A stretch of DNA of 64,000 bases from the IMG/VR virus record IMGVR_UViG_3300021387_000452; one strand, 5' to 3'. The position numbers and the translations under genes are program-made. How positions within the stretch are numbered: the stretch's first letter is position 1; the number at the start of each line of letters is the position of its first letter. The notes beneath the pieces were generated by a model. It saw nothing but the letters and a program-made list of their open reading frames with translations, did not search any database and was not told where the DNA came from. This DNA is from a virus (taxonomy: Duplodnaviria > Caudoviricetes). Below, piece by piece: positions 43,168-54,330 of this stretch.

Positions 43168-43395
43168 TTATTGACGTTTACCGTCATTGTAGCGAGCAAC
43201 CAGTGTAGACTCTGATTCCCAGAACTGACCCATGAAATCATAGCGGCCGTTCTGTTTGTAGACTGACGAATAGCTACCTTTGGAAATCTTACGAGCGAAA
43301 TTCGTAGCATCGCGTTTGCTATCAAAGCTCTGTTTTGTTCCGTTTGAGAATACTGAAAAGATCGTTGTCATGATGTCGTCTCCTATGAGTCTTAT

Positions 43396-43490
43396 CTAAG
43401 GAAGTCCATCTTCCTTAGCTTTGTTGAGTATCTTATAAGCTAAGATTCTCTTTGCGTAAAATAAAATCACCGTAATAGTCGGTGATTTTT
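43396..43490 (-). promoter_or_regulatory. Repeated promoter cassette
   Basis: Hairpin CTAAGGAAGA-TGG-ACTTCCTTAG. Confidence 0.75.
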
Positions 43491-43514
43491 AAGTATCTCT
43501 ATGAGATCTAATTT

Positions 43515-43622
43515 TAATCATATCACAAGCACACTCTTTTCGTAAACAAATTTCACCATAAATTTTATGCATATTGTGCGGTGATTTTTATTTACATCAA
43601 GTTCAAACTATGATATTATAAT
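43515..43622. promoter_or_regulatory. Back-to-back GGTGA-type promoters at the boundary of the early region
   Basis: Minus GGTGAAATTTGTTTAC; plus CGGTGATTTTTATTTACA-N17-TATTAT. Confidence 0.65.
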
Positions 43623-43652
43623 GGTAGCGCTCAGCCGCCACGGGTCGACACA

Positions 43653-44015
43653 GTGACGTATACGTCTATGGAGAATGTTATGCATTTAAAGAGTATTGTG
43701 TTTGATTGTCCTATAATATATAGAGGTACAGTTCAACCAATTAAGAATGAGATCCATGCTATTGAGCTTAATGAATACATTAAACGATATTTACATGAAT
43801 CTTGTAAGTCGTATGTTATAGTTGTTTCATATAATGAAGTGCAATACGTAATTAGTGCTATTGTTCACATGACTAATAAGACTAAAATGGCAGCTATTGT
43901 GAACAACCTATCAGAAGCGCTTAATGCAAGTGTAAGTATTTTGAGGGTGACTCATGATAGCGGTGAGTTTAATATAGAATGCATATCTTCCTCAAATAGT
44001 ATGGCAGTCATGTAA
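43653..44015 (+). CDS. Hypothetical protein
   Basis: ORF downstream of the plus-strand promoter; GGAG before MHLKS. Confidence 0.55.
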   Translation: MTYTSMENVMHLKSIVFDCPIIYRGTVQPIKNEIHAIELNEYIKRYLHESCKSYVIVVSYNEVQYVISAIVHMTNKTKMAAIVNNLSEALNASVSILRVTHDSGEFNIECISSSNSMAVM

Positions 44016-44426
44016 AAATATTTCCCAATATCTATATTATTAGTAATGTGTAGCAGCTTATGCTGTGTTGTTTAGCAGTCTTTGAAATAGAGTCAATTTT
44101 CTTAAGTCATTTATAGGTGAACCGCGTGCGGGATGGACATCCTATACAATACATAAGCCTAATGAACCTTACACGAGACATACGGGATGATTTTAGAATT
44201 ATAGACTTTATGACAATGAGTGATTAACAACTTAGTTGAGTAGCTATGATTTAACTAGTAATTTATGAGCTGAAGTGGCATTGATCACTATAGTAATACT
44301 TTGTGAATCAGTGCTTTCGACGGCAGATTTTGTTGTACATATTTTCTGTCAAAATTAAGATGCTCACTTTGATCTGAGTAAAGAAGTACCCTCTATAGAA
44401 ATAGACTCTATAGAGGGCTTGCAGTA

Positions 44427-46916
44427 TTAGATCTTCGTTAGTAGAATCTCTTGATCGATAGCGCTTATTCCATCTATTGTAATAGCAATATTTTTATTCT
44501 TAGCCCACCCTGTAGTAATGATTGAATCATCATCTGCATTGAACATGTCCATGTATAATACTCCGAGCAAAGTGTTCTTTGTTTGATCTGATGAGTTAAT
44601 TTCTACTATAGGTCTAAGAGATGTGCTACATATTAAATGATTACGATCAGTTATTATTGAAGCCTTATCTAGAAGCTGAAGCTTTTCAGATACGCTGTAG
44701 AATAAATCATCTCCTGCATATTCTGTCTTAGGCTTGATTGCGAATGTGTAGTACATATAAGCTTGGTTTACTGCATAATCTATCTGATGTACTGTTAAAC
44801 ATGATTTTTTAATGAATGAATTTAATAGATTTTCTGATGACTCGTTTGATCCATCTAGTGCGCATATCCCTAGTTTGTAGTAAGCATTAGTTATTTCATA
44901 TCCACCAGAGCCATCTGGCTTGCTTATTGTAAACACTGGCGTTCTAAGACTGTATTCAACTTTGTCTTTTGGTTTTGACATTTTAAGACTTACTAATGGT
45001 GATAGCTTGTCGTACTCATCTATGAATTTATTGTATGGGAATGTATCTTTATCAAGAGGTACGCCTGATGTTGATACTACTTTGAGTGATACTGGAATAT
45101 TGAAATTAGATCCTACAGTATTCACGTATCTATTATCTCTGTCATATTCGTACATAGTCTTGAAAGCGAGTAGTTTAGAGTCTATCTTTTTGTTAGATAG
45201 CTGAGCTACTAAAGCGCTTTCTACGTTATGTGCTAGCAAGTAGTCAGTAGCTGGCCTCATTGTGATTTCTGTACTCTCGACATCATTAAGGTTTAACCAT
45301 AAATAGCCGATCTCTCCATCGTAGTTATACAGTCTTATGTATTTACTTAGATCTACATTACTGTCAACAATGTCTCCATTCTCATTAAACTGAACCATTC
45401 TAATGCCTCTATTGCTTCCATTAAACACTGGCATAAGAAGAGTTGCTGGCCAATAACTGTCTTCGCTTAATCTGTCGACCTGTTTAGGAAATGATCTAGC
45501 GTATAGTCTGTTGTTCAAGTAAAGCTCAATAATAATCTTAGTAGTATTACCGCCAGAAAGCTGTAGCACCATTGGCGTATTAGGTACTAGTACTTTGTTA
45601 CCAGCTGGAGTTAGATAATCTGTGAAGTGTTTGCTTGAATCTTCTTCATCTACTAAAGATGTAAAATCTGATATTGATATAACTACATTATCTTCATACG
45701 GGCTCTTGTATATATTATTAGCAAATACACGATTATTATTTTCAAATATCTCTACTCTAACGCCAGTAATAACGTCTACGTTTAATATCTGACTCAATGA
45801 TAGCTTATATTTATTACCGTCTGCGCCATCAGCTACAGCATAAAATGTAAAATATCCCTGCTCATTTGAAGCAATAGAATATGAAGCTCTTGGGTCGCCT
45901 TTTATTAGTTTTAACCTAACTTCATCATCTTTTCTGTTCCCTATAAGTACTTGACAAAAGTTCATGCCAATAGCAACATCTCTATCTACAGAAGCATGCC
46001 ATAATTTATTTGAGCCTCTCTTATAGTTATTAGCTACTTGAATAGGGATCTGGAAATTATAACCAGCAGTATGAGAGTAGTCATCTTGGACGATAGCAGC
46101 GTATGTCTCATCATATTTCGGAACTACTTTTACAGTAAGATTGAATGTATCAAACTCTTTTTTAGAGCTCATGTTTAGCTCATAGCTATTATCTACTTTG
46201 TCTAGCTTAAATATATCTTCATTAAACTCAATCGATTCTTCAGTTGAACTATTACTCATAGTACCAGAGACTGTACAGACATCACTGCCAGCTGGTAATA
46301 TCATAGGCCCAGCTAATGCTATCGTTATCTCATCTTCTGTAGTAGTGATACTTTCTTTGTTAAAGCTATCTCCAAAGAAATTAAGAAAGCTTTTAATCTT
46401 CGTGTTAGTACCGTCAAAATAATCTTCGTTTATAATTCGTGTATCGAAATCGTATATGCTATCAATAGTAATGCCGTCTGGTAATCCATTTGGAAATACT
46501 TTTTTGATCTTGTCTTCAGTCCATGTTGTCTTATCTGCTGTGTAAGACATGTACAATGTATTATTATAATATAAGTTCATTATAACATTGCCAGTAGAAG
46601 AATCTTTCTTAATTCCAATAGAAAATCCTTCATAGTACTCGCTAAATGATTCTACTCTAATATTAAAATTGAACTCTTCAGAAGCTTGATGCTCTCCACT
46701 AGCAGCACGTCCATCAATGTTATTAATTACAAACTTGTAATTATTGCCTTCATGATTATTACATTCTGTAAATACTTCTTCTCTAACTATTCCATTTGTA
46801 TCAACTCCAATACTGAACTTAGCATGATTCATGAAATAATTAATGAAGTTCTTTGTCGCCTTTGATGATATACTATATCTATTAAATAGAACTCTGAGTT
46901 TTGCTTGATTATTCAT
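44427..46916 (-). CDS. Large putative virion structural protein, paralog of 54331-56364
   Basis: Shared GNxYK, QLSGG, LRT..F.I and YK.G.C.LDG blocks. Confidence 0.55.
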   Translation of the reverse strand: MNNQAKLRVLFNRYSISSKATKNFINYFMNHAKFSIGVDTNGIVREEVFTECNNHEGNNYKFVINNIDGRAASGEHQASEEFNFNIRVESFSEYYEGFSIGIKKDSSTGNVIMNLYYNNTLYMSYTADKTTWTEDKIKKVFPNGLPDGITIDSIYDFDTRIINEDYFDGTNTKIKSFLNFFGDSFNKESITTTEDEITIALAGPMILPAGSDVCTVSGTMSNSSTEESIEFNEDIFKLDKVDNSYELNMSSKKEFDTFNLTVKVVPKYDETYAAIVQDDYSHTAGYNFQIPIQVANNYKRGSNKLWHASVDRDVAIGMNFCQVLIGNRKDDEVRLKLIKGDPRASYSIASNEQGYFTFYAVADGADGNKYKLSLSQILNVDVITGVRVEIFENNNRVFANNIYKSPYEDNVVISISDFTSLVDEEDSSKHFTDYLTPAGNKVLVPNTPMVLQLSGGNTTKIIIELYLNNRLYARSFPKQVDRLSEDSYWPATLLMPVFNGSNRGIRMVQFNENGDIVDSNVDLSKYIRLYNYDGEIGYLWLNLNDVESTEITMRPATDYLLAHNVESALVAQLSNKKIDSKLLAFKTMYEYDRDNRYVNTVGSNFNIPVSLKVVSTSGVPLDKDTFPYNKFIDEYDKLSPLVSLKMSKPKDKVEYSLRTPVFTISKPDGSGGYEITNAYYKLGICALDGSNESSENLLNSFIKKSCLTVHQIDYAVNQAYMYYTFAIKPKTEYAGDDLFYSVSEKLQLLDKASIITDRNHLICSTSLRPIVEINSSDQTKNTLLGVLYMDMFNADDDSIITTGWAKNKNIAITIDGISAIDQEILLTKI

Positions 46917-47157
46917 TTTGTATCTCAGCCTCCAGATTGTATAATTACTGTATCTCTTGTAGAGAAAGTTCTGATATCTAATCTTTTGATATTCGCTACA
47001 GAGTCTACAGAGCATATATAATGAGTAACACTCAGCTTCTCTGTTGAACTTGTTCAGCTTCTTTGTCGAATTTATTCGACTTCTCAGAAAATCTTATAAT
47101 ATATGGTCGAAGTCATACTTTCGAACCTTTCCAGAATCCATTGCAGTATATGGCTCT

Positions 47158-47232
47158 CGCAAGTTTACTTGCTGGTGATAACGCAAGTTTACTTGCTGGT
47201 GATAACACAAGTTTACTTGCTGGTGATAACGC
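47158..47232. repeat. Three 24-bp tandem repeats with an internal palindrome
   Basis: C(G/A)CAAGTTTACTTGCTGGTGATAA x3. Confidence 0.95.
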
Positions 47233-47808
47233 GACTTAGGTCGCTGGCTTTCGTGTAAGTCTGTAAAATAATTATAGCAATGAAATAGATACAAATAAAC
47301 CCTCTATTATGATGCTGATAATAGAGGGTGTTGTTGCATTTATAGACTAGTATCGTTTAGCGTAAAGATGTACGTGTACGAAATCTTCGCCTTCTGCTTC
47401 GCCTTCTGGATAAGACACACTTAATTTATGTATAATGAGATTATTAGCACTACAGCCTTCTTTACCTATACCAATAAAACATGAGAGTTCTACAAATTTA
47501 GGCGTTACTGTTTTATATGAGAACTTTTTGTCAGTAAATCTGTAATGTTCATCTAGCTGTCTTTGCGCACCGCTCTCAATAGTTGGGCTAGCTGCGTCAT
47601 ATAAGCTCTCAATTATTGAATCAAGATTGTCGTAGTTTTCTCTGTATAGTCTGAAATAGAGATCTACTTCGTCCTTATGCTCAATAATATCATCGATTGG
47701 CGTACTGAAATGAATCATCAGTTTGTATGGGTCTTCAAATTTACGCACCAATAAATAATCTTCTCTAAAACTGTCCATACTTTTTTGTCTCCTTTGTTTG
47801 CTTGTTGG

Positions 47809-48369
47809 TTAAAATATCCATGTATCAATTTCAAAACGAAGTCTTTCTAATGAAACTGGAGTGTAGTGGATTCTCTCAACTGAAACACATTTTGAAGTCG
47901 AAGTGTCTTCAAACCTTGGATCATTATGAACATGTCCGTATAGATTAAAGTATGGAGTAGTGCTAGATAGAAGTAGTGGTTCGTGTGACAGGATAAAGAA
48001 GTCGTCATAAATGATTGGGTATGGAGATACAAATTCAAAACCCATTTCAGCGTATTGTTTGTCTGATCTTACATCGTGATTGCCTTTAATAAGATGTTTA
48101 TGGCCTTTTAATTGAGATAGTATTTTTGTGCATTCGTTTGTTTCATTCACAAATCGAGATGTATTCTTTTCATTCCATTCTCTTGGGTTATAGAAAAAGA
48201 AAAAGTCTCCAAGTATGAAGATAATATCTTCATCTTTTACTACAGAGTTCCAGTTTTCGATTAGCTTGTTTGTCTGATCTTCTGAAGAGATGAATGGTCT
48301 GTTGCAGTACTTAATTATATTAGTGTGATTAAAGTGTGTATCTGCTATAAAGAACGTCGTAGCTGTCAT
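47809..48369 (-). CDS. Calcineurin-like metallophosphoesterase
   Basis: DTHFNH, LGD, GNHD, SH, GHVH. Confidence 0.9.
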   Translation of the reverse strand: MTATTFFIADTHFNHTNIIKYCNRPFISSEDQTNKLIENWNSVVKDEDIIFILGDFFFFYNPREWNEKNTSRFVNETNECTKILSQLKGHKHLIKGNHDVRSDKQYAEMGFEFVSPYPIIYDDFFILSHEPLLLSSTTPYFNLYGHVHNDPRFEDTSTSKCVSVERIHYTPVSLERLRFEIDTWIF

Positions 48370-49115
48370 AATAGAATATCACCTTCGTATTGTCTTGTAA
48401 TAACGTTTGCAGAGGACAGCAGTTTACGAGATGCGATGTATGGTGGATCATCGTGATGCTTGTCTGATAAATATATGATCTCTGAGATTCCCTTCTGAAT
48501 TAGAAGTTTTGCGCATTCGTTGCATGGAAATAGAGTACAGTACATTTTTGAGTTTGCGAGATCAAACACCGTAGTATTTAATAACGCATTCGCTTCAGCA
48601 TGTACTACGTATGGATATTTTGAATTTATCCATTCTCCATCTCTGCTGTCTGGAAAGTCGTCTATATTGGATCCTTTTATAAATCCGTTATATCCACAGC
48701 CAATAATTCGATTATGAGAATCTACAAGACATGCTCCCACTTTTGTATTCTTGTCTTTACTGCGAAAGGATGTCAGCGCGGCAATGTTCATGAAGTATTC
48801 ATCCCATGAAAGACGGCAATAATCTCTATCTTTTACGAGCTCTTCTACAGTAGGGCATTCACATTTCATAACCATCGAAGACAAGCTATTTAGAGTATCT
48901 GTGTTAGGTTGTATCTCTGTAGAAGAGTTAGATTTCTCTGAATCAATTGCATTTTTGAAATTGTTACTGATGACATTCCCAAGCCCGTCTGTTTCATAGT
49001 GGCAGTCCGGATTGCTGCTAAAGTTCGGCGTGTATGAACATTCACACTTTGATTTTGACTCTATCTCACTTAGTGTATATCCTCCCCAAGAAGGCATATC
49101 ATTTCGTTCTCCCAT
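48366..49115 (-). CDS. dCMP deaminase with N-terminal extension
   Basis: SWDEYFM, GYNG, HAEANA, PCNEC. Confidence 0.92.
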   Translation of the reverse strand: MGERNDMPSWGGYTLSEIESKSKCECSYTPNFSSNPDCHYETDGLGNVISNNFKNAIDSEKSNSSTEIQPNTDTLNSLSSMVMKCECPTVEELVKDRDYCRLSWDEYFMNIAALTSFRSKDKNTKVGACLVDSHNRIIGCGYNGFIKGSNIDDFPDSRDGEWINSKYPYVVHAEANALLNTTVFDLANSKMYCTLFPCNECAKLLIQKGISEIIYLSDKHHDDPPYIASRKLLSSANVITRQYEGDILL

Positions 49116-49464
49116 TTTATTACTCCATTATCTTATACGCTTATTGTTGCAGGAAGTTAAATTTTTCGTTTGAGATATCTTGAATATGATCTATGCAGAG
49201 ATCTAAAAAGTGCCTCGACGAATCATCGTAATTTTCGATATAGCTAATAAGCTTTGACCTGAAAAGCATCTGAAACTCACGTACGTGATTCGGAACTTCT
49301 CTATTGGAATAACTATACGACAGAGTCTTTCCATCTACTAGAGTGAACAGAGACAATACAGACTCACCAAAAGAAATACTATTCATATTACTTACATCCA
49401 TATACAAGAAAACTCCCTAGATGAATATACATCAGGGAGTGTCTTCAACTTAATCAAAACTAAT

Positions 49465-49866
49465 TTACACTAAATAATCTTTATCGAATTTCTTAGCAGC
49501 CTTCAATATATCATTAAGGTTTTTCTTTGCAGATTTAAGATCTTCTGTCTTCCTATCAATTGCAGAAATCATTTCAGTTATTAAATCTGCTCCAGAGTTA
49601 TAACCATTTCTTTCTAGTGCGCTATACACTCTGTCAGCCTCTTTTTGATCGATGTTACGCACTTCATTAGCTAGCATAATATCGACTAATCGTGATAAAG
49701 TATTTACAGCAGTAGCCCATCTGAAATTTCCGCTATCAAACTGGTTTGATTTATTCATATCACCAAGTTTTTCGAGTATGTCATCGCTTACTGCTTCTGA
49801 TAATGATTCATTCATAATGAGACTTTCTAGCTTTGCAATACGACGTTCTAAACTTTCATTTGTCAT
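49465..49866 (-). CDS. Hypothetical protein with N-terminal LxxRxxKLE motif
   Basis: LERRIAKLESLIMNES. Confidence 0.6.
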   Translation of the reverse strand: MTNESLERRIAKLESLIMNESLSEAVSDDILEKLGDMNKSNQFDSGNFRWATAVNTLSRLVDIMLANEVRNIDQKEADRVYSALERNGYNSGADLITEMISAIDRKTEDLKSAKKNLNDILKAAKKFDKDYLV

Positions 49867-52800
49867 AATCTATATTTACTCCATAAATGCTGTAGTTGAT
49901 TCACAACTAATAATTAGATATCGAACAGCTTATCATATTGAGGTGAATCTTCTGGTGAGTATTTTTCAGCTTCTTCATATTCAGCTAAACAGTCATTACA
50001 GCAGAAATATCGATCACATGTATCGTAATGCTTAACAATTAAACTGTCTCCATAATTAATATTGCCATCGCAGTTTGAACACTTAAGAGTCTTTGGTTTA
50101 ACACTCATACCGAGATGCTCTGACTTTGATTCAATTACTTCAGAAGAGATAATTGTTTTGACTTTGCGTATAGTCATTGTATGTGGCTTTACAAATTTGT
50201 TGTATTCACAGAATTCTTTGTCTTGTCTAATAACATTCTGTGCAGCCTTGTCAATATCACCATTTGGAGAATCCCACACCCCAATGATAAAAGATTCAGT
50301 ATGGCCTTCATCGTACTTAATTATCTTTTGGAGATAATATACAGTCTTACCGCCAGATATTAACTGCGGTTCTAATTCAGGTAGTCTATTTGGAAGATTC
50401 ATGCTCATCACCTAATGTATGTTTTGAGATATATTCTGCTACATGATCTAATTCTTTTAATGCTTCAATGATGGAGATTTTGCAATTACGTTCTTCCTTA
50501 TCGCTCATGTCAAGTTCATCTGAAAATCTATACAATTCATCAGCAACATCTATAATGCGCTTGTGTAAAAGTTTCATTTGATTAGCTTTCATTGATTTAC
50601 ATATTGAAGACATCATTTCATAGTCAATTACTTTTCTATCATCTTCTTCATCGTCTGAGACTTTGTTACTTTCAATATAGCATCCGTATATAGGTGTAGG
50701 TGTTTTGCCAATATTGTCTAACATTCGTTTAACAGCCATATCATGAAAATCCATACTAACCTCTTTTGTACATAATTCATCTTCATCAAATATAGCACAT
50801 CCATAGGATGGAGAGTACATTTCTTTATTCATGGTTCTTATCACTCATTTGCTCTTTAGCAATGTAATTATTAATTCTTTGCATATAATCTGATTCAATC
50901 ACATTATAAAGACCTTTAATGTGATCTTTTATGCCATCACACAGACCTTCAATTATTTCATAATTTGAACTTTCTTTAGCACGTCTTTTGAAGTAATCGC
51001 AGTATCTAAGCATATCTGAAAACGTATGTTCAGCTGAGCCATCTATAAAGTTACCACCATAAGGCGCACTACCATACACCATCTTGCCATTAATATCTTT
51101 ATCGTCTTTATGTTCGTATATATAAAAATTCTTTAAACCAATCTCACCAGCAGCTTTACCGCACTTTTCCTTAAAGTCACATAATGTAGACAATGACATC
51201 GGTATGACTGTAATTTTATTATAATGGTTTTCAGTCACCATTGAATATAATCGTGAGTTATTTTTACGATACTCTTCTACTGCAGTGTCTTTAGCTCTGC
51301 TCATTAGATCTGTGAATTTCTTTTCCATTTCCTGATTGAATTTCTCATCAGTCTCACATTCACTATCAGGAATGTATTCTTTGCAATCTTTATCTCGTTC
51401 AAGTATTGCGTCGATTAAAGCTCCACTAACTGGAGGATATTCGTATACCCACCCACTGGAATTAAATTTCCCGTCAGCATACGGATCATTATAGTAATAC
51501 TTGATTGGCTTTGGTGGATTATACTCACGAATTATTTTCTCAGCTTCTTCTCTTGTCATACTAATCCTCGTCTTCTACATAATCTTTTGGACGAACATTC
51601 ACATGTTTAATTTCTTTATTTGGCTCTAAACTATCTGGTATGAATAAAGCATCCCATGAGTAGCTACAATATTCACTATCGTGATCAAGATACATTATAA
51701 AGTTCTTACCATACATTTGAATATCGCCAACGATTAGATTGTCGTTATTGTCCGTGTCCCATAGGATATCTTTCACAGATTCTTTGAAGCATTCCCAAGT
51801 TACTATGTCACTTCCTACTTCAACAGAAATAATATCATTCTCTGTTAATTGCTTACCATGTATCTTCCAACTATTTATATAATCAATAGTATAGTCAAGA
51901 AAGTTTGAAACATATCCGCTCATAATTACTCCATATTATAACCAAGTCCTGCAACAAAACAATCAGCACAGCAATAATGACTACTTAATATGTAACATCC
52001 ATTTGTAAGTGGTGCACCACATTTGCTGCAGTGTTTAATAATATGACCATCGCCAATTCTCCCTTCACGATAAGATTGCTCTATGGCACAGTCAGTGCAA
52101 TAATAAATTCTATCTGGGTCTTTATCTGCGTATCTCCACTCATGATAGAATTTCGCGTCTTTTCCACACTTGCAGCATTTATTACTCATTTCTAAATTTC
52201 TCCGTCCCATAGAAAGTCTATAACTACACTGTTACCAATTTCATCTTCAGGACATGGATCAAACTCATCTTGTAGTCTAACTTCATCAATAGTTCCATTA
52301 CCACACTCATCATAATCTGACCATGTAACTACTTCAAGCTCATCATCAAATTCTTTTAATTTATCAATCAGTTCTCTTACTTTCATATTCTACCGTCCCA
52401 ATAGAAGTTTAGGTAGACTACTTTTTCACCAGTCTCATCCCCGTCTTCATCGTAAACATCGTCTTCCCATAAACTATGAAGATCACCATGACCTGATTCA
52501 TCATAATCTGCAAAAGTAGTAACTTTCATATCTGGCTTAAATTCTTTTAACTTCTCGATTAATTCTTGCACTGTCATATTCTTATCTCCTAATCATCAAA
52601 TTTAATATGCTCAAACTCAACTTGTAATCCAGGCTCTGCTTTACATATAAACTTTGCTTCAACTAAAATATCACCGCCGCTTACTATCGACTTAATGCTA
52701 TCAAACACGCATCTCTTGAATTTCATTGAGTGATTAGAGTAGCATAATTCAATGTCATACTCAGCAAACATCTTTGTCAGAAGTTCTATACTTCTATATG

Positions 52801-52987
52801 ATTGGTGAAACTGAATAACTAGTTCAGCGTCTTCTCTAATTTCATAATTTACGCTTTCACACTGTGACTGAAGAAATTCAGCATCTTCAGTTGAAAGCTG
52901 GCCATCATAATACGGCCTACGAAGTATGTCAAATGATTCAATCTTAAATTTAAGATCACATGTTTGATCGCTCATACTAACACTCCA

Positions 52988-53452
52988 TTAAGAAAGATCA
53001 ACACCATTCTGTTCTACATAGCTAAGAAATTCACTCGTGGTTAACTCATACGTCTTAAACGGGTTATACATCGACGTGTGAACTTCATCAGCTTTATAAC
53101 TGACTTTTAACAGCTCTTCAATATCACTAAACGAATTCACTTCATGAATACCAATGTGATCTTGCCATGCACATTCAATCCAATAAGACTTCATCTCATA
53201 AGAGACTATTACATATGTATGTGAGGCTATCATCTCTTCATCTCTGTAGATGCCTGTAAAGAAGCAATATGAGATTATACCACATTCATGTAGAAAGTCA
53301 CAGATAGGGCCAACGAAATCCCAGCAGACACCGCCTCTTAGATTGTCGAACTCTTGCTTAGATTTAATATGATAATTTGAGTTTGCTACATCTGCGTCTA
53401 TGTAGTCGTATTTGCTATACTTGTCAAATGCAGTTTTAATTGAGCTATTCAT
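52988..53452 (-). CDS. Transglutaminase/papain-like fold protein
   Basis: GVCWD...SHTY...WIE catalytic-triad pattern. Confidence 0.5.
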   Translation of the reverse strand: MNSSIKTAFDKYSKYDYIDADVANSNYHIKSKQEFDNLRGGVCWDFVGPICDFLHECGIISYCFFTGIYRDEEMIASHTYVIVSYEMKSYWIECAWQDHIGIHEVNSFSDIEELLKVSYKADEVHTSMYNPFKTYELTTSEFLSYVEQNGVDLS

Positions 53453-53859
53453 CAGCGAACTCCACTCTTGATACGAATAAACCCGCTAATGTAATTATAC
53501 ACTAGCGGGTTGAGTAATGTAAGCTAATTATTAGACTTTCATGTCTTTAAACATTTCGCCTACTTTCTGGCCGAGCTCTCCAAACTGAGTAAGTGTTTCG
53601 ATCTTGTCAGAGTTGTCGTTCATTGTGTCTCCATCAAGTGCTTTAATAAAGTCTGGAAGCACACTAAGAATCAGTGGAAGATTCTTAAGAATGATTGGAG
53701 CAGCCTTTGCAACAATTGGAGCAACCTCATTTGTTACTTGCTTTTCATTCTTTGTAGCAAGCTTCTTGTTGAGAGCTTCTTCAATACGATCTAGTTTGCT
53801 GTTTAATGATAAATACTTTTCACTTTTCATATTGCAATGTCCTTATAGAAGTTTGCTCA

Positions 53860-54309
53860 CTATTCATCTGAGCTGTTTTCATTAATTATTTTATTAATGA
53901 TATCTGACAAATACTCATTTGGCTTCAATGTGTAATGAGCTTTTGCCTTGTCATTTTCTTTAAGCTTCTTTAGAATTGACTTCCATAAATCTTTTATTCG
54001 ATGACCAAGAATAATAGACTTTTGTTCTTTACTTCTTCTATACCATTCTTCTCTACATTCGTCAGTGTCTTCTGGATAAACAAGTATGTACTCATACTTG
54101 TTTTTATTCAATACATCAATAGCACGGTCATGGGCTGTTACTAATAATACATCAGCAGTGCTGTTATCTTTAAGACGCTTTGCATAATCAACAATTGATC
54201 TACGGTAATCTTCATCAAGACCAGCTACTTTGACATTCTTTTCACAGTGACTTAATAAGTATGATTTTCCACAGCATGGGAAGGCTGCTATTATTATTTG
54301 TTTACTCAT
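53860..54309 (-). CDS. Small P-loop NTPase/kinase-like protein
   Basis: IIAAFPCCGKS Walker A variant. Confidence 0.65.
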   Translation of the reverse strand: MSKQIIIAAFPCCGKSYLLSHCEKNVKVAGLDEDYRRSIVDYAKRLKDNSTADVLLVTAHDRAIDVLNKNKYEYILVYPEDTDECREEWYRRSKEQKSIILGHRIKDLWKSILKKLKENDKAKAHYTLKPNEYLSDIINKIINENSSDE

Positions 54310-54330
54310 ATTATATTCTCCATCTAAGAA

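Noticed and set aside
15972-43490. CRISPR array interpretation of the dispersed repeats
   Set aside because: The repeats are separated by gene-sized, irregular intervals and contain promoter boxes; no cas genes
44118-44145. Group II intron domain V (GAACCGCGTGCGGG)
   Set aside because: The complementary 3' half is missing; no RT/maturase nearby
47158-47232. Mini-CRISPR or a real protein (ORF 47094-47294)
   Set aside because: Direct tandem units have no spacers; the ORF has no RBS evidence and mostly mirrors the repeat
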